NCBI GenBank assembly: GCA_040904025.1 | Contig: JBBDUG010000004.1 | Location: forward strand, 1-52,713 | Length of the DNA stretch: 52,713 bases | Direction of reading: 5' to 3' | Source of the DNA: Minisyncoccota bacterium | GTDB lineage: Bacteria > Patescibacteriota > Minisyncoccia > Phycocordibacterales > SW-6-46-9 | Shown here: positions 16,778 to 27,025 of the stretch, in pieces | How positions within the stretch are numbered: the first letter of the stretch is position 1 | Layout: each line of letters opens with the position of its first letter | Made by a program: the position numbers and the translations under genes | The notes under the pieces: model-generated | Databases searched by the model: none | Told to the model about the DNA's origin: nothing | What the model saw: the letters and a program-made list of their open reading frames with translations, nothing else

Positions 16778-19700
16778 ATGTCTGGCGAGGAGAAAAAATC
16801 TGATATTTCCAAACGGGAAGAAGAGATACTTTCATTTTGGGAAGAGAATAATATTTTTGAAAAAACACTCGAGAAAACCGAGGGTGAGGAAGAATTTGTA
16901 TTCTATGACGGCCCGCCATTTGCAACTGGTCTGCCCCACTATGGTCATGTTCTACCGGGGACGATAAAGGATGTGATTCCACGATACAAAACAATGCGTG
17001 GATATTATGTTAAACGTCGTTGGGGGTGGGATTGCCATGGACTCCCTCTTGAGAATCAGGTGGAGAAAGAGCTTGGTATTGAAAACAAGCAGGGTATTGA
17101 AGAATATGGGATCGAGAAGTTTAATACAAAAGCGCGGAATTTTGTGCTCCGCTATGCTGATGATTGGCTGAAGATTATGCCGCGTACCGGACGGTGGGTG
17201 GATATGGACAATGACTATCGCACAATGGATGCTCCGTATACTGAATCTATCTGGTGGGCATTTAACAAACTATTTGAAGACAAGAATTTGTATGAAGGCT
17301 TTAAGCCGATGCATATTTGTCCGCGATGTGAGACACCGCTTTCAAACTTCGAGGTGAATCAGGGGTATACAGATATCAAAGATCTTTCTGTAACGGCAAA
17401 ATTCAAACTTGAAGATGAAGATGTATATGTACTTGCGTGGACAACAACGCCGTGGACATTCCCCGGCAATATGGCGCTTGCAGTTAATCCAGAGCTTGAG
17501 TATGTAAAAGTGAAGGCGACCGGAGATGATGAAGAAGAGGCTGTGTTTATCCTCGCTAAAGAAACACTCGATGATGTTATGGAGGAGTATGAATATGAGA
17601 TCCTCGGGGATATTGCAGTAAAGGATCTTGTGGGGAGATCATACGAACCTCTTTTTGACTATTTCACAGATGCAGATATCGACGGCAAGGAAAATGCGTG
17701 GAAGATATATCCAGCAGATTTTGTAACAACAGAAGAGGGGACAGGGGTTGTACACATTGCACCGGCGTTTGGTTCAGACGATCTCTCTCTTGCACAGGAG
17801 CATGATATTCCAGTTGTGCACCATGTGGCGATGGACGGCGTCTTTACTCCGGCGGTAGAGGACTTTAAGGGGATGCATGTAAAGCCAAAAGATGAAGGGG
17901 ATGATGAGGCGCACATGCAGACTGATATAGAGATTATAAAGTGGCTCTATCATCATAAAAAGCTTTTCTCTAAAAAGAAAATTACCCACTCATATCCGCT
18001 TTGCTGGCGTTGTGATACCCCCCTTATAAACTACGCGACGAATTCATGGTTCGTGAAAGCGGGTGAAATGAAAGATAAACTCCTTTCCGAGAATGAAGAT
18101 GTTCATTGGGTTCCTGAGGCGATAGGATCTGCTCGTTTTGGAGACTGGCTTGAAGGTGCGCGAGATTGGGCAATTTCTCGATTGCGATACTGGGGAGCAC
18201 CGCTTCCGGTATGGAAGAGTAAGTCTGGTGATACTGTTGAAGTTATCAGCTCCATTGAAGAGCTGAAGAGCAAAACAAAGAGTACTAATTCATATGTGAT
18301 TCTGCGGCATGGTGAGGCAGAGCATAATGTGAAGGGGGTTATCACTAATGATCCAAATGAAGAATACCCCCTTACCGACAAAGGAGAAGAGCATTCTCGA
18401 AAGGCAGCTAAAGATCTGGGGGATATTGATCTCATTATTACCTCACCGGTACTACGTACAAAACAGACCGCCGATATTATCGCTCAAGAACTCGGATTAT
18501 CCGATGATAAGGTTGTTGTTGAGCCACGTATTGGTGAGATAGATCCGGGAGAGTATGAGGGTATTGATATTGGAGAATATGTCAAAAAGATGGGGTATAG
18601 AACGGGTAATTTTGACCATCGACCGGATGGTGGAGAATCATTTAATGATCTGCGCAGACGTGCAGGGGCATGTTTGTATGATATAGATCAGAAATACGAG
18701 GGGAAGCGCATACTGTTTGTAACACACTCCGGAACTGCATGGATGCTCTTTTCCGCTGCACATGGTCTTGATGATGAGATGACACTCAAGGTACATGAAG
18801 ATCCACAGTCTTTTATAAATCCCGGAGAATTCAAAGAGGTTGATTTTGCACCACTACCACATGATGAGTTATTTCGTCTTGATCTTCATCGCCCATACAT
18901 TGATGAGGTCACGTGGAAAAATGAAGACGGCGAGGAGATGCATCGTATCCCTGACGTCTTTGATTGCTGGTTTGAGTCTGGGTCTATGCCATATGCATCT
19001 CAGCACTATCCATTTAATAAAGAGGGGTTTGATCCGGAGAAGGGGCTGTATTACCCCGCTGACTTTATCGCCGAGGGGTTAGACCAGACACGGGGATGGT
19101 TTTATTCACTTCTTGTGCTTGGTGTTGGGCTCTTTGGAAAGGCTCCGTACAAGAATGTGATTGCAAATGGACTGATTCTTGCCGAAGACGGCAAGAAGAT
19201 GTCGAAGCGTTTGGGTAATTATCCTCCACTTGAGGAGGTACTGGATGAATATGGTGCAGACGCACTCCGCTTTTTCCTCATCAATTCTCCTGCAGTTCGC
19301 GCAGGTGCAGTTAACTTTTCAAAGAAGGGGATAGATGAAGTTGTGAAGAAGGTAATGCTGCGTCTTCTGAATACATATACATTTCTTGATATGTACACCG
19401 ACGGAGAGGCAGATGTTGAGTCCGGAGAGAGTGAGCATATATTAGATAGATGGATAGTAGCGCGACTCTATGGACTGAGAGAAGAGGTAACTACAAATCT
19501 AGATCGATATGAGCTCGACCGTGCAGCGCGGCCATTTGTTGACTTTGTTGACGATCTCTCCACATGGTATCTCAGACGTTCTCGTGACCGCCTGAAGGAT
19601 GATGGGGTTGATAAGGAGCATGCAAAAGCGACACTTCGCTTTGTGCTCAAGGAAATCGCAAAACTTATCGCACCATTCATGCCGTTTCTTGCAGAGGATC

Positions 19701-20275
19701 TATATGAGAAGCTCGGAGGAGAGAAAGAGAGCGTACATCTTGAAGAATGGCCGGAATATGGAGAAGAAGTTGATACTGAACTTATTGAACTTATGCGTCG
19801 GACGCGACATATTGTCTCCGAAGCTCTTGATGCACGTTCTCAAGAGGGGATGAAAGTGAGACAGCCACTTTCTCGACTCTCTGTATCTCAAGAGAAATAT
19901 GATCTCCCTGATAGTTTTAAAGAAGATCTCATTGATCTGATTAAAGGAGAGGTGAATGTTAAAGAGGTTGTGTTCTCTGCGGATGTAGAGGATGTAGAAC
20001 TGGACTTTGAACTAACCGATGAGCTTATTCAAGAAGGAATTGCACGTGAACTTATTCGTGCAATTCAGAGTCTACGGAAAAAAGAAGGACTTGATCCCGG
20101 GGATGAAGTGGTGCTTGTAATACAAACCGATGAAGCGGGGCGAGGTGTAATAGAGGCATTTCGTGATGAAATCACTTCAACTGCTTCGTTGAAGGATGTT
20201 GAATATAAAGAGGTTGATGATGGAAAGGTACTTGAGCTGGATGATGTGACGTTTGAGTTTCGGATTGATTTTTAA
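16778..20275 (+). CDS. ileS: Isoleucyl-tRNA synthetase (type 2) carrying an inserted histidine-phosphatase domain
   Basis: PPFATGLPHYGHVL (HIGH), WAISRLRYWGAPLPVW, HRPYIDEV and KMSKRLGN motifs. The ATG at 16778 lies within ORF 16769..20275. Confidence 0.93.
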   Translation: MSGEEKKSDISKREEEILSFWEENNIFEKTLEKTEGEEEFVFYDGPPFATGLPHYGHVLPGTIKDVIPRYKTMRGYYVKRRWGWDCHGLPLENQVEKELGIENKQGIEEYGIEKFNTKARNFVLRYADDWLKIMPRTGRWVDMDNDYRTMDAPYTESIWWAFNKLFEDKNLYEGFKPMHICPRCETPLSNFEVNQGYTDIKDLSVTAKFKLEDEDVYVLAWTTTPWTFPGNMALAVNPELEYVKVKATGDDEEEAVFILAKETLDDVMEEYEYEILGDIAVKDLVGRSYEPLFDYFTDADIDGKENAWKIYPADFVTTEEGTGVVHIAPAFGSDDLSLAQEHDIPVVHHVAMDGVFTPAVEDFKGMHVKPKDEGDDEAHMQTDIEIIKWLYHHKKLFSKKKITHSYPLCWRCDTPLINYATNSWFVKAGEMKDKLLSENEDVHWVPEAIGSARFGDWLEGARDWAISRLRYWGAPLPVWKSKSGDTVEVISSIEELKSKTKSTNSYVILRHGEAEHNVKGVITNDPNEEYPLTDKGEEHSRKAAKDLGDIDLIITSPVLRTKQTADIIAQELGLSDDKVVVEPRIGEIDPGEYEGIDIGEYVKKMGYRTGNFDHRPDGGESFNDLRRRAGACLYDIDQKYEGKRILFVTHSGTAWMLFSAAHGLDDEMTLKVHEDPQSFINPGEFKEVDFAPLPHDELFRLDLHRPYIDEVTWKNEDGEEMHRIPDVFDCWFESGSMPYASQHYPFNKEGFDPEKGLYYPADFIAEGLDQTRGWFYSLLVLGVGLFGKAPYKNVIANGLILAEDGKKMSKRLGNYPPLEEVLDEYGADALRFFLINSPAVRAGAVNFSKKGIDEVVKKVMLRLLNTYTFLDMYTDGEADVESGESEHILDRWIVARLYGLREEVTTNLDRYELDRAARPFVDFVDDLSTWYLRRSRDRLKDDGVDKEHAKATLRFVLKEIAKLIAPFMPFLAEDLYEKLGGEKESVHLEEWPEYGEEVDTELIELMRRTRHIVSEALDARSQEGMKVRQPLSRLSVSQEKYDLPDSFKEDLIDLIKGEVNVKEVVFSADVEDVELDFELTDELIQEGIARELIRAIQSLRKKEGLDPGDEVVLVIQTDEAGRGVIEAFRDEITSTASLKDVEYKEVDDGKVLELDDVTFEFRIDF
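18281..18877 (+). other. In-frame histidine phosphatase (PGAM/SixA superfamily) domain inside ileS, about 199 aa
   Basis: VILRHGEAEHN (RHG catalytic motif), ITSPVLRTKQTA, DPGEYEG and VTHSG (second His). Lies between the conserved WISR.RYWG and LHRPYID blocks of IleRS. Confidence 0.8.
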
Positions 20276-20338
20276 TACAGAAAACGGTAGTTTTAGGTTG
20301 AACAACGTTATTTTAGATCATAGAACGAGGATATAGTG

Positions 20339-20800
20339 ATGAATGAACCTCTCGCCGCCTTCTTTTTTGTCGTTTTAATAGCGATACTCCTCCTTCTCGT
20401 TATTCGAAAGAGTAATGTCAGGTCAACGAAGAAAACGAAGCCGGTTGCTAATGTGCTGCTCTCTTACACGTGTCACAAGAAGGATTTTAGTTCGGAAGGG
20501 GATCTCCTTAGAATAGCGCATTGGATTAAGGTCTACGGCCTCGCGATTGCTGTTGCCGAGAAGATCTCTGGGAAATGGGTATACTACGAGGATGGCACAA
20601 TGCGGCGAGGTCACGAAGACGGTCTCTTGAATTGGGATGCCTCTATTAGTATTGATGAACAGTGGGGTGACCTTTATTATCTTGCTGATATTTTAGTGCG
20701 AGACAAGAGAGAGTTTGTCCGGAACATCCATATTCACATTAAAGATAGGGGAATAAGGTATCTCTCTCATATCTCTTCTAAAGAGCTTACGACCTTTTAG
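20339..20800 (+). CDS. Hypothetical N-terminally membrane-anchored protein
   Basis: ORF track; hydrophobic N-terminus. GAGGA 8 nt upstream of the start. Confidence 0.5.
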   Translation: MNEPLAAFFFVVLIAILLLLVIRKSNVRSTKKTKPVANVLLSYTCHKKDFSSEGDLLRIAHWIKVYGLAIAVAEKISGKWVYYEDGTMRRGHEDGLLNWDASISIDEQWGDLYYLADILVRDKREFVRNIHIHIKDRGIRYLSHISSKELTTF

Positions 20801-20871
20801 GCTTCTCGTTTGTAGTCAAGTCTCTCAGAAATGGGAGGCTTTTTCTTTTTTAAGTACGCTATAATACCTCT

Positions 20872-21459
20872 GTGAGCTATCGTATATACACCACAGACGC
20901 CCTTATACTCCGCAGTGCTACGCAAGGGGAGGCTAATCGCTTTTTCTGGCTCTATACCCGTGATTTTGGCCTTGTATACGCTACCGCACAGAGTGTGCGG
21001 AAGCATAAATCAAAGCTGAGATATGCTCTTCAAGACTATATGTATTCCTCAGTCTCTCTTGTGCGTGGAAAGCGCGGTTGGCGCATTGTTGGTGCACAGC
21101 CACAGTGGAGTATATGGGGGGAATTGAGGGATGATTCTCGTAAATTGGCGGTGGGACTTAACATACTCTCTCTTTTGCGTCGTTTAGTACGTGGGCAGGC
21201 GCGGGATGTTGCACTTTTCTCATCTGTACGCGCTTCTTTTGATGAATTGCGAACGCGAGAGTTTGCAGAAGGAGAGCTTGGCGGTTTTGAACTTGTCGCC
21301 ATTCTTCGCGTGCTTGATCTGTTGGGATATCTTGGGTCAGGAGAGCTTGAGGAGCATGCCCGCAATCTCTGGGAGAGTCGAGAATGGGAAGAAGCAGAAG
21401 CAAAGCGAAAGGTGTTTATAAAAACAATAAATGCATCTCTGCGTTCTTCACAACTTTAG
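20872..21459 (+). CDS. recO: DNA repair protein RecO (short form, GTG start)
   Basis: N-terminal OB-fold pattern DALILRS...GEANRFFWLYTRDFGLVYATAQSVRK.KSKL. Confidence 0.7.
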   Translation: MSYRIYTTDALILRSATQGEANRFFWLYTRDFGLVYATAQSVRKHKSKLRYALQDYMYSSVSLVRGKRGWRIVGAQPQWSIWGELRDDSRKLAVGLNILSLLRRLVRGQARDVALFSSVRASFDELRTREFAEGELGGFELVAILRVLDLLGYLGSGELEEHARNLWESREWEEAEAKRKVFIKTINASLRSSQL

Positions 21460-21499
21460 TGCTTAAGCGTTCTCGTTCTTGCTGGTATACTGGTATGTA

Positions 21500-22927
21500 A
21501 TGGATGGCAAAAAGAAAAAGGATGCGTATAATAGACCTGATAGTATAGATGTCCTTAAAGACAAGCTCTATTCACGTTCCGGGGATGCTCGCGGACCCAA
21601 AAAAGGGGAGTTGAGCGGGAACCCGGAGAGTGATGTGCCTTCGGATTGGGATCACACTACAGAATCCATGCCAAAGAAAAAGAAAAGTCTTTTGAATATA
21701 GTTTTTTGGGGAGCGGTTATCTTCTTTCTCGTGGCTCTTGGGTTTGCGCTCTTCTCACTTCAGACGGGGCGAAATACTGTCTCTCCAGACAATATCGAGA
21801 TTCAGGTTGCTGGGGTAACTGAAGTTGACGCAGGGAAAGTTGTTGAGCTTGAGATTGCGGTGAGTAATAGGAATGATGTGCGTATGGAGAGCACAACCCT
21901 TATCGCTGAGTATCCACTCGGAACACGTAATCCCGATGACACGACAGAAGAATTGCGTCGTACTCATCGAGACATTGGGGTAATTAAATCAGGAGAACGG
22001 GCCGAGACTGTCATCGAGGCAATCTTTTTTGGCACAGAAGGTGAAACAAAGACCATTACCCTCGATGTTGAGTACCGTATTCCTGATTCAGGCGCAACAT
22101 TCAACAAAAATCGTACATATGAACTAGAAATTGTCTCAGCGCCACTTGAGTTAGATATCGATATGCCTGAAAACGTACGTGCAGGCGAGGAATTCGAATT
22201 TGATATTGATGTCACTTCCAACGCAGACTCAACACTTGAAGATGTTCTTTTTGTTATCGACTATCCGTCCGGATTTGAATTCATCAGTGCCTCTCCTAGC
22301 GCCACCTTTGATACTCGTGTCTGGCTCTTGGGTGATGTGGAAGCTGGGGCAGAGAGGACCATCTCTGTTAGGGGGCGTCTTGAAGGGCAGCCGGATAATA
22401 CGCGTGCCTTTAGATTCGAGCTGGGAACACAGAGCTTGGGGAATGAAAAAGTGGTAGGAACTCCATTTGTATCTCATACAGAAGAGGTTATGCTGCGACG
22501 ACCACTTGTGGACTTCTCTGTGTCAGTTGATGGGTCTGAAACGCGCAGTTACACCGCCAATACCTCTTCGGATGTTGGTTTTGAGATATTGTGGCGGAAC
22601 AATACAACAAAGTCGATAGAAAACGTGGTAATTGACGCGCGACTTAATGGAAATGCATTTGATCCTGACTCACTCTCGATTGATAATGGGCAGTACTTAC
22701 CTGGAGAACAGCGGATTGTCTGGAATACTGATACGTTGCCATCATTGCGCAATGTTGATTCTGGTGAAGAAGGTTCAGTTTCCTTTGAGTTTGTGACAAT
22801 ATCCGAGGAGGATCTTGAACGAAGTGTCTTTGATTCCAGTATGGATATTACCGTCAGGTTCGACGGAAATGCGGATGAAGATGTAGGGATCGTTGAGAGT
22901 ATTGAATTCTTCGTATCTTCTCAATAG
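21500..22927 (+). CDS. Hypothetical membrane-anchored protein with a repetitive beta-rich ectodomain
   Basis: ATG at 21500. Basic N-terminus, one TM helix, then a long Ig-like-looking region. No specific family recognised. Confidence 0.5.
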   Translation: MDGKKKKDAYNRPDSIDVLKDKLYSRSGDARGPKKGELSGNPESDVPSDWDHTTESMPKKKKSLLNIVFWGAVIFFLVALGFALFSLQTGRNTVSPDNIEIQVAGVTEVDAGKVVELEIAVSNRNDVRMESTTLIAEYPLGTRNPDDTTEELRRTHRDIGVIKSGERAETVIEAIFFGTEGETKTITLDVEYRIPDSGATFNKNRTYELEIVSAPLELDIDMPENVRAGEEFEFDIDVTSNADSTLEDVLFVIDYPSGFEFISASPSATFDTRVWLLGDVEAGAERTISVRGRLEGQPDNTRAFRFELGTQSLGNEKVVGTPFVSHTEEVMLRRPLVDFSVSVDGSETRSYTANTSSDVGFEILWRNNTTKSIENVVIDARLNGNAFDPDSLSIDNGQYLPGEQRIVWNTDTLPSLRNVDSGEEGSVSFEFVTISEEDLERSVFDSSMDITVRFDGNADEDVGIVESIEFFVSSQ

Positions 22928-22942
22928 GTATATACTATATAT

Positions 22943-23998
22943 ATGAATCATAAAGATGCACAACCTGTCTATATCACAACGGGGACGATGGTGCGTGTGG
23001 TACTCGTTCTTCTTTTTGTGCTCCTTCTCTACCTTATTCGCGATATTGCGCTTGTTATCTTAACTGCCGTTGTTATCGCCTCAGCTATTGAGCCGGCAAC
23101 ACGTTGGTTCGAGGTTCGTAATGTTCCACGTGTCCTCGCTGTTATTTTGATATACCTCCTTACCTTCCTCTTTGTTGCTATTGGATTCTATCTCTTTATC
23201 CCACCGCTTTTGGATAATGTGCTCTATATCATTGAGCGTGCACCAGATTATGCGGAATCACTACGTGTTTGGGGTGGCTTGCCCGCACCATTTGATAGTA
23301 TTTCTGGTAACTTTACGCTCGGAAATGTTGTTACCGGAGTTGAAAAATCACTCGCCGGACTCTCTACAGGTATTCTTGGTGTTGCAACATCGATATTTGG
23401 AGGAGTTTTAAGCTTCGTTTTGGTTGTTGTTTTTTCTTTCTATCTTGCGGTGCAGCGGGATGGGATTGCAAACTTCTTGCGTATTGTGACACCGATTCAA
23501 TATGAGTCATACATTATCGATCTCTGGGGTCGTACACAGCGCAAGATAGGGCGGTGGTTGCAAGGGCAGCTTCTTCTTTCTCTATTAGTTGGTATATTAG
23601 TCTATCTTGGTTTGATGGTGCTAGGAGTACCAAATGCATTTGTTCTTGCAATGCTTGCAGCGGTCTTTGAACTTATCCCACTCTTCGGACCGGTTCTTGC
23701 GGCTGTCCCCGCAATTGCCGTTGCACTCATTGATGGTGGAACCTCGCTGGGTATTATGGCGTTCCTCCTGTATGTCATTATTCAGCAGTTTGAGAATCAC
23801 CTTTTGTATCCGCTTGTTACCAACAAGGTTGTTGGACTGCCGGCGCTTGTTGTTATAACTGCCCTCCTTATCGGTGGAAAATTAGCTGGATTTATTGGTG
23901 TTATCCTCGCTGTCCCTATTGCTGCAGGTCTCATGGAGTTTGCAAGCGATATTGAAAAGCGAAAGAAGCGAGTGCAGGAAAATGGAGCAGAGGCTTAA
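22943..23998 (+). CDS. AI-2E family transporter (PerM/UPF0118)
   Basis: 351 aa, multi-TM. FELIPLFGPVLAAVPAIAVAL motif typical of the family. Confidence 0.8.
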   Translation: MNHKDAQPVYITTGTMVRVVLVLLFVLLLYLIRDIALVILTAVVIASAIEPATRWFEVRNVPRVLAVILIYLLTFLFVAIGFYLFIPPLLDNVLYIIERAPDYAESLRVWGGLPAPFDSISGNFTLGNVVTGVEKSLAGLSTGILGVATSIFGGVLSFVLVVVFSFYLAVQRDGIANFLRIVTPIQYESYIIDLWGRTQRKIGRWLQGQLLLSLLVGILVYLGLMVLGVPNAFVLAMLAAVFELIPLFGPVLAAVPAIAVALIDGGTSLGIMAFLLYVIIQQFENHLLYPLVTNKVVGLPALVVITALLIGGKLAGFIGVILAVPIAAGLMEFASDIEKRKKRVQENGAEA

Positions 23999-24042
23999 TT
24001 ATCCCTTTACAACAGACCTTCTGTGGGTTTGTATGTGTATAC

Positions 24043-25491
24043 ATGGATCGATCAACCTATATCACAACTACCATACCGTATGTGAATGCAGACCCTCATT
24101 TAGGGCATGCACTCGAGCTTGTGCAGGCAGATTGCTTTGCGCGATTTAGACGTCGCGAGGGCGCTGATGTGTTTTTCAGTACCGGTACTGATGAACACGG
24201 ACAAAAGATATGGCAGAAAGCTCAAGAAGAGGGGAGAGATATACAGGAGTATGTTGATTACTACGCTGATAGGTTCAAGAATCTTGTAGATATTCTTGAT
24301 ATCTCAGTTGATAATTTTATACGTACCACCGATGAATATCATATAGAGGCTGCAGCTGAGATGTGGAGATTGATTGATGAGAATGGGGATGTGTATAAGA
24401 AGGAATATACCGGACTCTATTGTGTTGGATGTGAAGCATTTGTCACTGAGAAAGATCTTGAGGATGGAAAATGCCCTTTGCATCCTGGCAAAGAGCCGGA
24501 GAAAGTTGAGGAAGAAAACTATTTCTTCCGCTTCTCTCGATATGAGGATGCGCTTCGAGCATATCTTGAGGATCCCAATACCATTATTCCCGACTTCCGG
24601 CGCAAAGAAGCGCTTGCGTTTGTAGAGGCGGGACTCGATGATATCTCGATTTCGCGGCAAAAGGATAGGTTGCCGTGGGGAATCCCGGTTCCAGATGACG
24701 AAGAACAGGTTATGTATGTTTGGATCGAAGCCCTTACAAACTATATCTCCACACTCGGATGGCCGAAGAACGGAAAGTTTGAAGATTTTTGGGTGACTGG
24801 AGAGACGTATCAGTTTGCAGGAAAGGATCAAATCAGATTTCAGTCGTTAATCTGGCAGGCACTCCTGCTTTCAGCAGGGCTCCCGGCAACACAGACGGTT
24901 TTTTATCATGGCTTCATCACCTCTGACGGACACAAGATGTCTAAATCGATTGGGAATGTGATAGATCCAGTGGAATTTGTAGATGAATATGGTGCTGATG
25001 CTGTTCGGTATTACCTTTTGCGTCATATTCATCCGACTGATGACTCGGATATGACTGCAGAGAAGTTTCGAGAAGTATACAATGCGCACTTGGCAAATGG
25101 GATTGGGAATCTACTTTCGCGTGTGCTGAAGATGGCGGAAACATACGGTGTCGAGGCGGCGTTTGGAGACCCTGATGATATTTGGGAGAGCGAAGAATTT
25201 AGTGAATATCGAGAACATCTTGATTTATTTGAGTTCAACAAGGCGCTTGATTGGGTGTGGGAGGGTGTTGGAGGACTCGATGAACTCATAGCTTCAGAAG
25301 AGCCGTTTAAACTTATAAAATCAGAGAAGGAAGAAGATCAGGAGCGTGCGCGGGAGATTGTGGGATATTGCCTTCTCCGCTTATGGGATATTACAGTTGC
25401 ACTTGAGCCGATACTCCCTGAGACAAGTGTGAAGATACGGGCATATCTTGAGGCAGGAGAGGTTGAAGAACCATTGTTCGTGAGGAAGTAG
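24043..25491 (+). CDS. metG: Methionyl-tRNA synthetase (short form)
   Basis: YVNADPHLGHALE (HIGH) and KMSKSIGN motifs. Confidence 0.93.
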   Translation: MDRSTYITTTIPYVNADPHLGHALELVQADCFARFRRREGADVFFSTGTDEHGQKIWQKAQEEGRDIQEYVDYYADRFKNLVDILDISVDNFIRTTDEYHIEAAAEMWRLIDENGDVYKKEYTGLYCVGCEAFVTEKDLEDGKCPLHPGKEPEKVEEENYFFRFSRYEDALRAYLEDPNTIIPDFRRKEALAFVEAGLDDISISRQKDRLPWGIPVPDDEEQVMYVWIEALTNYISTLGWPKNGKFEDFWVTGETYQFAGKDQIRFQSLIWQALLLSAGLPATQTVFYHGFITSDGHKMSKSIGNVIDPVEFVDEYGADAVRYYLLRHIHPTDDSDMTAEKFREVYNAHLANGIGNLLSRVLKMAETYGVEAAFGDPDDIWESEEFSEYREHLDLFEFNKALDWVWEGVGGLDELIASEEPFKLIKSEKEEDQERAREIVGYCLLRLWDITVALEPILPETSVKIRAYLEAGEVEEPLFVRK

Positions 25492-25528
25492 GGGAGATAC
25501 TGCACAACAAGTCATTACATATGAGGCT

Positions 25529-25780
25529 ATGAAAAAATTAAGTACAACTGAATTACGTAATAATCTTTCTGATGTGATTGATCAGGTAACCAAGAAAGGT
25601 GTGCCTGTTGTAGTGGGTCGTCGAGGTAAATCAGAAGCAGTTGTTATTCGATACCCTGAACATACAAATATGCAGTTTAATGAAATAACGAATCTAAATA
25701 CCTATTCAGAGGGTTTCAATTTTCTAAAAAATGAGCCAGATTTGTATTCAATAGATGACTTAAAGAAGCGATATGTATAA
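25529..25780 (+). CDS. Phd/YefM-family type II antitoxin-like protein
   Basis: 83 aa. N-terminal STTELRNNLSDVIDQV..G.PVVVGRRGK.EAVVI pattern. Confidence 0.7.
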   Translation: MKKLSTTELRNNLSDVIDQVTKKGVPVVVGRRGKSEAVVIRYPEHTNMQFNEITNLNTYSEGFNFLKNEPDLYSIDDLKKRYV

Positions 25781-26564
25781 AAGGGAGACAACCATTCTAT
25801 TCAAGCATTTTGATATACACTCTCATCTCAACTTTTCGCAATTTGATGATGAGAGAGAGGATATAATTGAGCAAATGCGTGGAGAGGGCATTGGTACTAT
25901 TTGCGTTGGTACAGGATTACAAACAAGCAAAGAGAGTATTGCACTTGCACAGGAGCATGAGCACATCTTTGCAACTGTGGGAGTGCATCCAACTGATTGG
26001 GAAGAGGGGTTTGATGAAAATATATTTACACCGCTACTCGGGGAGAGGGTTGTGGGTGTTGGAGAGTGTGGACTCGATTATTACCGGGATGATTCCCACA
26101 AAAAAGAGCAGAAAGAGCTTTTTGAGGCACAGATTGCCTTTGCTCAACAGCATTCTCTTCCACTTATGCTCCACGGGCGCCCTAAAGCAGGATCAATGGA
26201 TGCATATGAGGATATGCTGGAGATCTTAGAGGGGAATGAAGTTAGGGGGCACGTCCACTTTTTTGCAGGGAATATTGATATCGCAAAACAGTTTGTCGAC
26301 CGTGGATTTACCATAGGGTTTGATGGTCCCATCACCTTCACTCAAGAATATGATGAGGTGATTCGATATATACCTCTTGATATGCTCTGTGTTGAGACAG
26401 ACGCTCCATTTGCCGCACCTGAGCCGTATAGAGGGCGTCGTAATAGTCCGCTGTATGTGAAGCATGTGTTAGAGAGAGTCGCTGAGGTTCGTAGTGAAAG
26501 CTATGAGGAGATACGAGAGGCGACAGTTGAGAATGCTCTTCGTGTGTTTGATATTGAAAAGTAG
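25773..26564 (+). CDS. tatD: TatD-family metal-dependent hydrolase/DNase
   Basis: FDIHSHL, GECGLDYY, LMLHGR and ETDAPF motifs. The ATG overlaps the stop of the preceding gene by 8 nt. Confidence 0.88.
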   Translation: MYKRETTILFKHFDIHSHLNFSQFDDEREDIIEQMRGEGIGTICVGTGLQTSKESIALAQEHEHIFATVGVHPTDWEEGFDENIFTPLLGERVVGVGECGLDYYRDDSHKKEQKELFEAQIAFAQQHSLPLMLHGRPKAGSMDAYEDMLEILEGNEVRGHVHFFAGNIDIAKQFVDRGFTIGFDGPITFTQEYDEVIRYIPLDMLCVETDAPFAAPEPYRGRRNSPLYVKHVLERVAEVRSESYEEIREATVENALRVFDIEK

Positions 26565-26609
26565 TAATACTATTGTATAGTAGTGCGCGAGTGTTCTTTT
26601 GCACAATAG

Positions 26610-26915
26610 ATGAGGGTATACGTGAGTATTCAGATATTTTCCGACATGCTAAAGAGGAATTTTCCGATTTTAGACTGGACCCTCTTGGCCCTTGGACTTA
26701 TCGGGCAGCTTACATTCTTCCTTATTCAGCCAGAGCTGCCTATATCCAACATAGCTTGGATGTTGCTTTTCATCTCCTATCTTTCCGCAGCAGCGGCGAT
26801 AGGGGTTGCTATCGCTGAGTTTGAAGCTAGGCATCTCACGTTTGTATTTGGGGGTTTGGCGACATCACTCCTTGCCGTTGTGATTCTCAATACCATCTCT
26901 ATTTTCTTCTATTAG
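26610..26915 (+). CDS. Small integral membrane protein (hypothetical)
   Basis: ORF track; three predicted hydrophobic segments. Start uncertain. Confidence 0.45.
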   Translation: MRVYVSIQIFSDMLKRNFPILDWTLLALGLIGQLTFFLIQPELPISNIAWMLLFISYLSAAAAIGVAIAEFEARHLTFVFGGLATSLLAVVILNTISIFFY

Positions 26916-26939
26916 ACCTCCTTTGAGGGGTCTTTTTTC
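26915..26939 (+). terminator. Intrinsic terminator
   Basis: GACCTC..GAGGGGTC hairpin followed by T6. Confidence 0.6.
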
Positions 26940-27025
26940 TTGCAAAAGTACTGGGGTGTGATAGGCTAATCGTGCCTTCGGAAGTATCTACTAATACATT
27001 ATTAACCCTCTAAGTTAGGACTTAA

